64,000 nt of DNA, from contig OZ244065.1 of NCBI GenBank assembly GCA_965215505.1, forward strand, positions 2,880,001 to 2,944,000, written 5' to 3'. This document shows positions 10,303-18,796 of this stretch, in pieces. A program made the position numbers and the translations under genes. Each line of letters begins with the position of its first letter. Positions within the stretch are counted from its first letter, which is position 1. The notes beneath the pieces were generated by a model. The model saw nothing but the letters and a program-made list of their open reading frames with translations. It did not search any database and was not told the DNA's origin. The DNA is from Capsulimonadaceae bacterium. Lineage in GTDB: Bacteria; Armatimonadota; Armatimonadia; Armatimonadales; Capsulimonadaceae.

Positions 10303-11091
10303 TTAATCGTCCTCAATCGTCCACAGATAGGCGATGTCATGTCCCTGAATGCTGTGCGTCGCCACCAGGGCCTCGCCGCGCATCCACTTGGCGTGCCCGT
10401 CGCACCAGAGGACGGTCATACCGCCGCTGTGCGCCAGAGCGGCGATGGGCTTGGCCCTTGAATAGAGCGACGGCGGGATCGTGGTCTGGTTGAAAGTCGG
10501 GTTGAAGATGTCCGAGTCCCAGGAGATCGAGCAGTTGTTGTAGCCGCTGTCGGCGTAGATGACCTCGGCGGTCAGGATGGTGTCCGAGGGGGCCGCGATC
10601 TGCGACAGCGGCGCACCGACGGGGTTGTGGGTGGGCACGTCCCCGGTATAAGTGTGCCCGCGATAGTTGGCTCCGTTGATGCCGTAGGTCCCGAACCGAT
10701 ACCCCGCGCGGTTCGAGCAAACGCCGTTCACGTTGTTGCACGGCACATACTCCAGAGAGTTAGTGATGTTGTCCGGGCAGTCGAAGACATTGGTACTCTT
10801 GACGTAGGGATACAGCTCGTCCATCCATTTCGGGTTGGAGGCGGCGTTCAGGCCGTAGTTGCCGATCGGCATGGTTTCGTCGGCGTCCTGACAGTACTGG
10901 ATCAGGCCCAGGCCGACCTGCTTCTGGTTGGATATGCAGGCGGTCCGGCGGGCGTTCTCCCGGACCTTCTGGAAGACGGGGAACAGGATGGCCGCCAATA
11001 TTGCGATAATTGCGATGACAACGAGAAGCTCGATCAGCGTGAAGCCGGACGGGCGGCGGGCGGCGCTCCTTGAAGACGATGAATGTTTCAT
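10303..11091 (-). CDS. Prepilin-type N-terminal methylation / DUF1559 / H-X9-DG protein
   Basis: [52 protein letters not shown]. Confidence 0.93.
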   Translation of the reverse strand: MKHSSSSRSAARRPSGFTLIELLVVIAIIAILAAILFPVFQKVRENARRTACISNQKQVGLGLIQYCQDADETMPIGNYGLNAASNPKWMDELYPYVKSTNVFDCPDNITNSLEYVPCNNVNGVCSNRAGYRFGTYGINGANYRGHTYTGDVPTHNPVGAPLSQIAAPSDTILTAEVIYADSGYNNCSISWDSDIFNPTFNQTTIPPSLYSRAKPIAALAHSGGMTVLWCDGHAKWMRGEALVATHSIQGHDIAYLWTIEDD

Positions 11092-11172
11092 TTCCTTCTC
11101 CTGTTAATTACGGAACCCTTTTTCTGCGCGAGGGCGAACGGTTCCGACGCGCCCGTTCCTGGTTCATTCGCA

Positions 11173-11212
11173 ATTATAGCACGTCGCAGGGGGTTTGTAA
11201 ACCGGTTTACAA
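11173..11212 (-). promoter_or_regulatory. Sigma70 promoter overlapped by a LacI-type operator
   Basis: Minus strand TTTACA-17-TATAAT with TG extension; perfect palindrome TTGTAAACCGGTTTACAA at 11195-11212 covers the -35. Confidence 0.75.
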
Positions 11213-11230
11213 TTTATTTTTGGAGCGCCT

Positions 11231-12130
11231 TCACTGCTGAACGCCGTGCGCCTTCAGGAAGGCAAAGATCTGCCGATGCACTCCAACCCACTGGTCCGAC
11301 GAGAAGCCGTGCTTCGCCCCCGGAACCGTAATCATTCGCGCCTCCGCCCCCGCCCCGTTCAAAGCCCGCATGAGCCGCGTACTCTGCTCCACAGGGACGG
11401 TGGTGTCGTCCGCGCCCTGGGCGATGAAGGTGGGCGGCAGCCCCTTCCGCACATAGGTGAGAGGCGAGACCCGTTTCGCAAGGTCCAGCCGCCCCGCCCC
11501 GTCCGGCACCCACTGCGTGGCCCAGGACTGGCGGTGCGGCCCGGCCAGCAGATCGGCCACGTCGGTCGGGCCGTAGCAGTCCACGACGGCGGCCACCGGG
11601 GAGTAGGGGCCGAGGCCCGCCCCGGCCGGGGTCATCCCCACCATCAGGGCCAGGTGCCCGCCCGCCGAGGCCCCGGTGACGACGATCCGATGCGTGTCCA
11701 CGTTGTATTTGCCGGCGTTTTTGAAGAACCACGCCGCCGCGTCCAGGGCGTCATTCACGGCGGCCGGGGCAGGCGCGACGGGGGCCAGCCGGTATTCGAC
11801 GTTGCAGACGACGTAGCCCTGCTGGAGATACGGCAGGCAGAAGGAGTGCATCATCGTCTCCTTGCTGCTCCGTATCCACCCGCCGCCGTGGAACATGATC
11901 ACGCCGGGCCGCTTGCCGGGCTTTGCCGGAGCGGGCGTCGTAGGCTGCATGACGTCCAGCACTGTCTGCGGGTACTTGTCGTAGGGGAGGTTCTGCTCGA
12001 TTGTGTATGCAGGGGGCGCAGCGGGCACGGTCGGGGCGGGAGGCATCACGCCCTGGGCCGGACAGATGCGGGCCGACAGGGCGAGCAGGGCGATGAGCGG
12101 CAGAGCCGCCAGACAGCGGGCGCGGGACAT
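11231..12130 (-). CDS. Secreted alpha/beta hydrolase (esterase, BD-FAE/HSL-like)
   Basis: HGGGW, GASAGG, DDTTVP, HGF; likely start MSRARCLAALP with signal peptide and GAAAGG RBS. Confidence 0.88.
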   Translation of the reverse strand: MSRARCLAALPLIALLALSARICPAQGVMPPAPTVPAAPPAYTIEQNLPYDKYPQTVLDVMQPTTPAPAKPGKRPGVIMFHGGGWIRSSKETMMHSFCLPYLQQGYVVCNVEYRLAPVAPAPAAVNDALDAAAWFFKNAGKYNVDTHRIVVTGASAGGHLALMVGMTPAGAGLGPYSPVAAVVDCYGPTDVADLLAGPHRQSWATQWVPDGAGRLDLAKRVSPLTYVRKGLPPTFIAQGADDTTVPVEQSTRLMRALNGAGAEARMITVPGAKHGFSSDQWVGVHRQIFAFLKAHGVQQ

Positions 12131-12147
12131 GAGGAGCCTTTCAAGCG

Positions 12148-12410
12148 ATCCGGCGCTGAACCGCCGGTCTAAACGGATGGGCCGCCCGCCTCGGGGCTTT
12201 GGAAAGAAAATGAGGCGGGAGAAGAGGGCGCGCATCAGGAAAGCGCGGATCAGGAAAGAGGGCGCGGCAAGCGGCGCCCCTACGAGGTCCAGACGGCGTG
12301 GCCCGGCAGCACTCTCCGACAATCCCCTCCGAAGCCCCGAAGGGGCGGCCCACCGGCGAAGCCGGGAGGAGACCGGCGGTTTAGCGCCGGGTCCTTCGTG
12401 CGCCGGGCCT
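12148..12410. repeat. REPIN/BIME-like cluster with nested GTAG REP
   Basis: Shares TCCGAAGCCCCGAAGGGGCGGCCCACCGGCGAAGCCGGGA with 4781-4820; internal REP 12259-12284. Confidence 0.75.
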
Positions 12411-13388
12411 TCAGCCCGCGCTCTCCGCCTTCAGGTCCAGGTATGCCAACTCCTGCGGGGTCAGCTTGATCTCCTGGGCGGCGGCGTTGGCGGCGAACTG
12501 CTCGGGGGTCAGGCTGGAAATCAGCGTGAACAGGTTGAGCGGCTGGCTCATCGAGAAGGCGAGGGCGATCTGGGCGACGCTCAGGCCCTTCGCCGAGGCC
12601 AGCTCGCGCGCCCGGTCCAGGCGCTGGAAATTGGTCTCGCCGCAGTAGCACTTGATGCAGAGCTGGGCGAAGTAGTTGTCGGCGGCGAACGTGTCCAGGT
12701 TGTCCCGGTGGTAGATGTCCGAGAAGAAGCCGCCGGCCATGCTCGACCAGGGCATGACGGCGATGCCGGTCCGGGCGTAGTAGTCCCGCGCCTCCTGCCC
12801 CTGCGGGCCGCTAATGCTGATGCAGCCGGCCCACGGCTCCTCGTACATCTCCGCCAGGCTGAAGTTCGGGCTGGTGACGGCGAACGGAGTCAGGCCGTGC
12901 GCGGCGGCATAGTCGTTGGCCTCCTTGATGCGCTGCCAGGACCAGTTGGAGCCGCCATAGGCCCCGATGCGCCCGGCTTTTTTGTGACCGTCCAGGGCCT
13001 CCACGATGGGGCCGACCGGGACGGAGGGGTCGTCGCGGTGCAGGACATACAGGTCGAAGTAGTCCAGCCCCTGCCGCTTCATGGACTCGGTCATGTCCGA
13101 TTCGATGTCCTCGGGCGTCACCCGGTTGTGCCCATAGGGGTGCGCGCCTTTGGCGAGGATGACGACCTTGTCGCGGGCATCTCGCTCGCGCACCCACCGT
13201 CCCAAGGTGGACTCGTTGCCCTCGCCGTAGCAGTGGGCGGTGTCGAAGGTGTTGACGCCGTGTTCCATGGCGAGGTCCAGCAGGGCGAAGGCCTGGGCGG
13301 GCTTGCTGGCATCGAAGACGGTGTTGGCCGTTCCCTGGACGAGACGCGAGACCGGCTTGGTGACGCCGGGTACGTTGCCGTACTGCAT
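12411..13388 (-). CDS. Aldo/keto reductase
   Basis: NTFDTAHCYG, LAKG, DLYVLHRDD, GGSNW, WSSMAGG. Confidence 0.9.
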   Translation of the reverse strand: MQYGNVPGVTKPVSRLVQGTANTVFDASKPAQAFALLDLAMEHGVNTFDTAHCYGEGNESTLGRWVRERDARDKVVILAKGAHPYGHNRVTPEDIESDMTESMKRQGLDYFDLYVLHRDDPSVPVGPIVEALDGHKKAGRIGAYGGSNWSWQRIKEANDYAAAHGLTPFAVTSPNFSLAEMYEEPWAGCISISGPQGQEARDYYARTGIAVMPWSSMAGGFFSDIYHRDNLDTFAADNYFAQLCIKCYCGETNFQRLDRARELASAKGLSVAQIALAFSMSQPLNLFTLISSLTPEQFAANAAAQEIKLTPQELAYLDLKAESAG

Positions 13389-13394
13389 GGGTGT

Positions 13395-14213
13395 TTATCC
13401 TTTGGTTTGAGACTTCTTCGGTGTAGACTTCTTCATCGCCGCTTCTTCTTGGACCGCTGTTTGGACCGCTATCTGGAAGATGATGCGCCACATCGCCCTA
13501 AGATGCCGGAACCCGGCCCGCCACTGACCCCGCGCGAAGCTGACCCGCGCCAATTGGAACCATCCCCGCTGGTTGTAGGGGTGGAGGACCGTCGCCCGCT
13601 CGAAGGCCGCCACAGCCGCCTCCCGATGCCCAAGTCTCCATTCGCTGTGGCCCAGCACGAACCACTGGGCCGGCTCTACCGTCGGATGACTGACTATGGC
13701 GCGCGCCACCTCCCGCGCTTCTTCCCAGCGCTTCAGACGGTTCAAAGCCAGCCCGATGTAGGTCTGCACGAACTGAGGGTCGGAGGTGTCGGGCAGAGCG
13801 AGGCGGTAGCAGGTGAGGGCGCGCTCCCAGCGGCCCTCGGTCGCCGCCAACCTGCCGTAAGTCAACTGACGCTGCCATTCGGGGGCCGTCTCCGCCCGGA
13901 GCCGACTCGCCTCCCGCAGAGCCTGCTTCTGCGCCCGCCGCGCCTTGGGCGAGCCTCCCTTGTTGCCGTATGCCGACGCCAGGGCTGACTGAAAGCTGCC
14001 GTTTTCAGGCTCGCGCCGCACCGCCTCTTTCAGCTCAGTGATCGCCTGGCTTATCAGCCCCAGATGGATGCACGCCCCACCGGCATAGTAATGGGCATAT
14101 GCCGAATAGTCCGGGCGTGTCTTGATCTCCTCGCAGACGGCCAGGCACGCCCCCGGCATCTGCGCCTGATAAAGCTCATAAGCCTCTTGCAGCAGTTCGT
14201 ACTCGTCTTTCAT
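13395..14213 (-). CDS. Tetratricopeptide repeat protein
   Basis: Repeated helical TPR patterns (AITELKEAVRREPEN, AVAAFERATVLHP). Confidence 0.75.
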   Translation of the reverse strand: MKDEYELLQEAYELYQAQMPGACLAVCEEIKTRPDYSAYAHYYAGGACIHLGLISQAITELKEAVRREPENGSFQSALASAYGNKGGSPKARRAQKQALREASRLRAETAPEWQRQLTYGRLAATEGRWERALTCYRLALPDTSDPQFVQTYIGLALNRLKRWEEAREVARAIVSHPTVEPAQWFVLGHSEWRLGHREAAVAAFERATVLHPYNQRGWFQLARVSFARGQWRAGFRHLRAMWRIIFQIAVQTAVQEEAAMKKSTPKKSQTKG

Positions 14214-14234
14214 TCCGTGCCTGGTGGTGATATG

Positions 14235-15473
14235 CTAACGGACGCCGACAGCCTCCCGGTGGGTCGCCGGGGCGGGGGCGTTCCCCTTGTCGACGAAGCG
14301 GGCGATGCGGCGCAGGGCTTCTTCTATTTTGGCGAGGCTGGTGGCGTAGGAGATGCGGATGTGGCCCTCCCCGCCGATGCCGAAGGCGGTGCCGGGGACG
14401 ACGGCGACGTGTTCCTCGAACAGCAGCCGCTCGGCGAACTCCTCGGACGTCATCCCCGTGGCCCGGATGCTGGGGAAGGCGTAGAACGCGCCCGAGGGCA
14501 TGTGGCATTCCAGGCCCGCCGCGTTCAGGCCGTCCACAACCAGGCGGCGGCGCTGGTTGTACTGGCCCACCATGTCACGCACGGCCGGTTCGCCGCTCTT
14601 CAAAGCCTCGATGGCCGCCTTCTGGCTGGTCGTCGGGACGCACATGATGGTGTACGAGTGGATCTTGTACATGGCATTCAGCAGGGCGGGCGGCGCGCAG
14701 ACATAGCCGACGCGCCAGCCGGTCATGGCATAGGCCTTGGAAAAGCCGTTCAGCAGGACCGTCCGCTCCCACGCGCCCGGCAGGGAGGCGACGCAGGTGT
14801 GCGCGCCGTCATAGGTCAGCCGGTCGTATATCTCGTCGCTGATGAGGTACAGGTCGTGCCGGACGGCGAAGTCCACGATCTGCTGCAAGGCCGCGCGCGG
14901 CATGGTCGCGCCGGTGGGGTTGGAGGGGTAGCCCAGCACGATGGCCTTGGTGCGCGGCGTAAGTGCGGCTTCCAGTTGGGCGACGGTGACGCGGAACTCG
15001 TCTTCCATCGCCGTGCGGATGCCGACCGGGACGCCCCCGGCGAGGCTGATGCAGGGCTTGTAGGAGACGTAGCACGGCTCCGGCACGATGACCTCGTCGC
15101 CGGGATCAAGGATGGCCCGCATGGCAAGGTCCATGCCTTCGGAAACGCCGACCGTGACCAGGATCTCATCTTCAAAGCGGTAGCGGACGCCGTACAGGTT
15201 CTCCAGATGCCGCGCGATGAGCTGCCGCAGCTCCAAGATGCCGTAGTTGCTGGTGTAGGTGGTCTGCCCGCGCTCCAATGAATAGATGGCGGCCTCGCGG
15301 ACGGCCCAGGGCGTGGCGAAGTCCGGCTCGCCGACGGAGAGCGAGATGACGTCCTGCATCTGCGCGGCGATGTCGAAGAACTTGCGGATGCCTGAGGGCG
15401 GCAGGTCCCGCGCGATGCGCGACAGGGTCAATTTCGAGGTTTGTTGAGGGGAGTGGTTGGCTTCGTTGCTCAT
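14235..15473 (-). CDS. PLP-dependent aminotransferase class I/II (YugH/AlaT-like)
   Basis: PSGIRKFFD, GEPDF, PSNPTG, SDEIY, FSKAYAMTGWRVGY. Confidence 0.93.
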   Translation of the reverse strand: MSNEANHSPQQTSKLTLSRIARDLPPSGIRKFFDIAAQMQDVISLSVGEPDFATPWAVREAAIYSLERGQTTYTSNYGILELRQLIARHLENLYGVRYRFEDEILVTVGVSEGMDLAMRAILDPGDEVIVPEPCYVSYKPCISLAGGVPVGIRTAMEDEFRVTVAQLEAALTPRTKAIVLGYPSNPTGATMPRAALQQIVDFAVRHDLYLISDEIYDRLTYDGAHTCVASLPGAWERTVLLNGFSKAYAMTGWRVGYVCAPPALLNAMYKIHSYTIMCVPTTSQKAAIEALKSGEPAVRDMVGQYNQRRRLVVDGLNAAGLECHMPSGAFYAFPSIRATGMTSEEFAERLLFEEHVAVVPGTAFGIGGEGHIRISYATSLAKIEEALRRIARFVDKGNAPAPATHREAVGVR

Positions 15474-15512
15474 GGTGATTCTCTTGCGCCGGCTCTATCG
15501 CTCATGCCGGCT

Positions 15513-16106
15513 TTATCCGGTCAGCCTGATGGTTCCGTAATCTTCGATGGCGACCTCAAGCAGCTTCAAGAAGTCTTGTCCTGCCGGCTCCGCCAGTTCG
15601 CCGGAGAGGGCGTAGCGGTGGCGGGCCGGAGTGGAAACCGCTTCGCCGCTCACCCAAGGGTACTCGGCATTCTCGGGCGTCCGCTCGCGGTCCACGGCGG
15701 GTGCCAGTCTTTCAACGCCGACGGCCAAACCACGCGCATAGCGCTCGATGTGCCGCCGCTTCGCTTCGCGCGAATGGTAGTATTCCCTAAGGTGCCGCGC
15801 CTTCAAGAAGCCCAGGATGAACTTGGAGAAGACAACGTGGCTGTAGAGGTCATCTTCGGCGAATGACTCCGTATCCCTCAGCCGATACGCCTTGGCGATC
15901 TTCTCGCAGGCCATTTGCAGGAAGTGGAGCCGATGGCACTCTTCCACGTCACGCAGATGAACGCTGTAGACAGCGAAGTCGGACCGGCTCTGCTCCGCGT
16001 AAGCGTCTGCTAACCGATTCTTGATCTCGTCCGGGATACGGGGAGCCGCTTGCGTCCGCTGTAGGGGACACTCGGCAAGCGAACACTGGCCCTTGACCTG
16101 CGCCAT
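15513..16106 (-). CDS. Hypothetical protein, divergent HEPN-like
   Basis: LHFLQMACEKIAKAY resembles HEPN QQAxEKxLKA; YSH and AEYPW resemble the TH and RYP motifs; AGGAGG RBS before ATG 16106. Confidence 0.6.
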   Translation of the reverse strand: MAQVKGQCSLAECPLQRTQAAPRIPDEIKNRLADAYAEQSRSDFAVYSVHLRDVEECHRLHFLQMACEKIAKAYRLRDTESFAEDDLYSHVVFSKFILGFLKARHLREYYHSREAKRRHIERYARGLAVGVERLAPAVDRERTPENAEYPWVSGEAVSTPARHRYALSGELAEPAGQDFLKLLEVAIEDYGTIRLTG

Positions 16107-16447
16107 CTTCTGCCCTCCTGGCCCCAAGGGGCGGGTGCCGGAAACACAAACGAGTGATCCAAGCTCCACCCATGCGGCAGCGGGATCTCGCCCCGCCGCA
16201 CTTGCTCCATCTCCTCGGGCGTGATGGTCGCGATCCTCATATTGTAGGGAATGTCCCCAGCCGGGCCGAACGTGAACGTCATCACATCACCGGAAGCGGG
16301 CGTGTCCGGGCTGACCTCCAGGAAATTGATCGGCTCACACGGGTCATCGTCGCGCGGCGTGAACATCCAGAGGGCCTGCGTCATGCGGGGGTCAATCTTG
16401 TAGTGCCACTTGACAAGTTCGTGGGCAGCTTCTTCTTTGGTCAGCAT
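16010..16447 (-). CDS. Small hypothetical protein, degenerate MNT-like
   Basis: EPINFLEV and RIATITPEEMEQ resemble MNT strands DIDLLVV and DLIVYTPEE; lies directly upstream of the HEPN-like gene. Confidence 0.5.
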   Translation of the reverse strand: MLTKEEAAHELVKWHYKIDPRMTQALWMFTPRDDDPCEPINFLEVSPDTPASGDVMTFTFGPAGDIPYNMRIATITPEEMEQVRRGEIPLPHGWSLDHSFVFPAPAPWGQEGRRWRRSRASVRLPSVPYSGRKRLPVSRTRSRIG

Positions 16448-16463
16448 CTTCTTTCCCTCCGCT

Positions 16464-16988
16464 CTACGGCGTCACGACCAGGCGCTGGTCTTCCTCGATC
16501 TCGACGAAGAAGTCCTGGTCTTCCTTGTAGCGGCGCAGCAGGAAATGGGTGTCGGTGGCGGTGACGCCTTCCAGGGCGGACAGTTTCTCGGCGACGAAGC
16601 GGCCCACGGCGCGCATGTTCTCGCCCTCGACGACGACGCGCAGGTCACTGCCGCCCGAGACGAGCCAGACGCTATGCACCTCGGGGTAGCGGTAGATGCG
16701 CTCGGCCACGGCATCAAAGCCGACCTCGCGGGCGGGCAGGACCTTGACGTCAATGAAGGCGAAGACCTTCTCGACGCCCGCCTTCTCCCAGTCCACGATG
16801 GTCTTGTAGTGCTTGATGACGCCACGCCGCTCGTACTCGGCGATGGCCCGGCGCACCTCGGCCGGGTCGCGCCCGGTGAGGGTGGCGATGGTGTCGGGGG
16901 AGGTGCGGGCGTCGCGGGCGAGGATGAGGAGAATCTCGTCGGGCTGGCGACCTGCCGTGCGGTCCGTCGGTCTGTCGGGCTGGCTCAT
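16464..16988 (-). CDS. Lrp/AsnC family transcriptional regulator (YugG/AlaR-like)
   Basis: ILLILARDAR HTH, GVIKHYKTIVDW, GFDAVAERIYRYPEV, THFLLRRYK. Confidence 0.9.
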   Translation of the reverse strand: MSQPDRPTDRTAGRQPDEILLILARDARTSPDTIATLTGRDPAEVRRAIAEYERRGVIKHYKTIVDWEKAGVEKVFAFIDVKVLPAREVGFDAVAERIYRYPEVHSVWLVSGGSDLRVVVEGENMRAVGRFVAEKLSALEGVTATDTHFLLRRYKEDQDFFVEIEEDQRLVVTP

Positions 16989-16997
16989 GGTGGGGTA

Positions 16998-17026
16998 AGT
17001 ATGGCACGGGAAGGGGAGGATGTCAA
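16998..17026 (-). promoter_or_regulatory. Sigma70 promoter, near-leaderless, for the Lrp operon
   Basis: TTGACA-17-CATACT with TG extension, 9 nt before the ATG. Confidence 0.65.
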
Positions 17027-17060
17027 GGCGGGCGCGGTGCACGGGCGATGGGGCAACCCG

Positions 17061-17172
17061 CCGGGAAGGGCGAACACCGGGAAGGGCGAACACCGGGAAG
17101 GGCGAACACCGGGAAGGGCGAACACCGGGAAGGGCGAACACCGGGAAGGGCGAACACAAGGTTCGCCCCTAC
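17061..17172. repeat. Six perfect 16-bp tandem repeats merging into a GTAG REP
   Basis: (CCGGGAAGGGCGAACA)x6 at 17061-17156, then CAAGGTTCGCCCCTAC. Confidence 0.95.
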
Positions 17173-17184
17173 CAGTCATACCCC

Positions 17185-18210
17185 TCACTTGCCCGTGGTC
17201 AGGAACGAAGGCCGCGTCCCGTCGGCCTCCCACTTGACGTGGCCGTCGGCGAGGGCGTAGTCCGTCCCGCCGTTGTGGCGGCCCGGCATGGGGACAGAGG
17301 CACCGGTGTCGGCGGCGTTCTTCTTGCCGGCCGTACTCTCGAACAGCAGGACGGTCGCCGCAGGGTCTTCCAGCGTGGTCATCAGGACGCCGGAAAGGGC
17401 GCGGTTGAAGGCGTAGCCGTACTTCAGGTCGGGCGCGGCGGGGTCGCGGAACACGGCCTCGTTCTTGACGTAGGGCAGGATCTCGTCCGCCCACTTGTCG
17501 GCGTCGGGCAGCTTCATGTCGTTGTCCTGGATGTACTGGATGATGCCGAGCGAGAGCTGTTTCAGGTTAGACTGACTCGTCGCCTGCCTCGCCTTCTGCA
17601 TCATCTCCGGGGCGGCCAGGGTGATCGTCTTGATGCCGTCCAGGCGCAGCGCGCCGCCCGCGCCCGCGTCGGCCACGGTCGCGACCTGAAGGGTCTTGAC
17701 GGTGGACAGCGGCGTCCCGACCTGGTAGGCGCGCACCAGGACGATGGCGGGGTCGTCCGGGGAGGGGCCGAGGGCGCGGAACCTGAAGTGCAGGGCGTCG
17801 TGGATGTCGGCGAACAGGGCCACGACGGGCAGGACGCCGGGCGGCAGGGTGCGGAGCATGTCCGGACCGGTGAGCTGCCGGGCGATCTCCTCCCGGTGGT
17901 CGGCGGGGTAGTTGGCTTGTGTCTCGGGCGAGAGCAGGGCATAGGCGCGTTCCGCCTGCCCCTGCGCGCGGGCGTCGAGGTACTGCCGCACCAGGGCGAC
18001 GGCGGGGGTGGGCGCGGCAGCGACGGGAGCGGGGGCGGGGCTGACCGGCGGGGGCTTGGGTGCGGCGGGCTTCTGGGCCGTGGATGTCTGCGTCGCGGGC
18101 TTGTGAGCCGTGGGCTTCGCCACGGCGGCGGGGCCGAGCAGCAGGGCGGCCCCGAGGCAGCAGAGGGCGGCGGATCTGGCAGTGACAGTGACGGCAAACG
18201 TCGCGTTCAT
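17185..18210 (-). CDS. Secreted protein with C-terminal DUF1559-like/H-X9-DG domain, no prepilin motif
   Basis: AAGGAG RBS, Sec-like signal, Pro/Ala linker, then ARQATSQSNLKQLSLGIIQYIQDND and RHNGGTDYALADGHVK. Confidence 0.8.
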   Translation of the reverse strand: MNATFAVTVTARSAALCCLGAALLLGPAAVAKPTAHKPATQTSTAQKPAAPKPPPVSPAPAPVAAAPTPAVALVRQYLDARAQGQAERAYALLSPETQANYPADHREEIARQLTGPDMLRTLPPGVLPVVALFADIHDALHFRFRALGPSPDDPAIVLVRAYQVGTPLSTVKTLQVATVADAGAGGALRLDGIKTITLAAPEMMQKARQATSQSNLKQLSLGIIQYIQDNDMKLPDADKWADEILPYVKNEAVFRDPAAPDLKYGYAFNRALSGVLMTTLEDPAATVLLFESTAGKKNAADTGASVPMPGRHNGGTDYALADGHVKWEADGTRPSFLTTGK

Positions 18211-18244
18211 GGCGATCTCCTTGACCGGTGGGATGTCTTGTCTT

Positions 18245-18273
18245 ATTATACTACCATTACGCAAATCGTGCAA
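18245..18273 (-). promoter_or_regulatory. Sigma70 promoter
   Basis: TTGCAC-17-TATAAT on minus strand upstream of 18210. Confidence 0.6.
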
Positions 18274-18388
18274 ATCGGCTGGCCACCGGGCGTGTCGTGA
18301 AACGATTTTCTAGGAACTATCATACCTCGTTCGTTGTTATTGATAACAGCAGACAACGGAAAATGAACGAGAAGGGGCGGTATAAATC

Positions 18389-18745
18389 ATGCGGATACAG
18401 TCTTCGATGCTGGTGCATCTAGGTTTCGGGAAGTATGTGCGGTCGGACCAGGTGACGGCGGTCCTGCCCATCGAGCAGGACCGGGGGCCGGGGCGGCGGA
18501 CCTTCGTCCATGTGCAGGGGCAGGCCGACCCCGTGGTCGCCTCGCGGTCGGAGGACGCCCTGGTGCGCGATCTGGTGCAGGAGCCGAAGGAGATCACGCA
18601 GTCGCGGCAGCAGCAGGAGATCCTGCGGGACCTATTGCAAGACCTGGGCAGCATCAACGCCACGGTCAAGCGGATCGCCCGCGACGAGGGCGGCCTGGAC
18701 CTCGACAAGCTGGAGCGGCGCATCCGCGAGGTGGTCGAGGATTAG
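18389..18745 (+). CDS. Hypothetical protein, RemA/DUF370-like N-terminus plus coiled C-terminus
   Basis: LVHLGFGKYV...GRRT pattern resembles RemA LINIGFGN...GRRT; GC-rich third codon positions. Confidence 0.5.
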   Translation: MRIQSSMLVHLGFGKYVRSDQVTAVLPIEQDRGPGRRTFVHVQGQADPVVASRSEDALVRDLVQEPKEITQSRQQQEILRDLLQDLGSINATVKRIARDEGGLDLDKLERRIREVVED

Positions 18746-18748
18746 TGG

Positions 18749-18783
18749 AAAAAAGAAGGCCCGGCGCTTGCGCGCCGGGCCTT
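18749..18783 (-). terminator. Intrinsic terminator
   Basis: 12-bp stem AAGGCCCGGCGC/GCGCCGGGCCTT with T-run on the minus strand. Confidence 0.75.
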
Positions 18784-18796
18784 TCGCCGTCGGGGG

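Noticed and set aside
17061-17156. Possible CRISPR array
   Set aside because: Units are contiguous 16-bp repeats with no spacers and no cas genes; they derive from a REP arm
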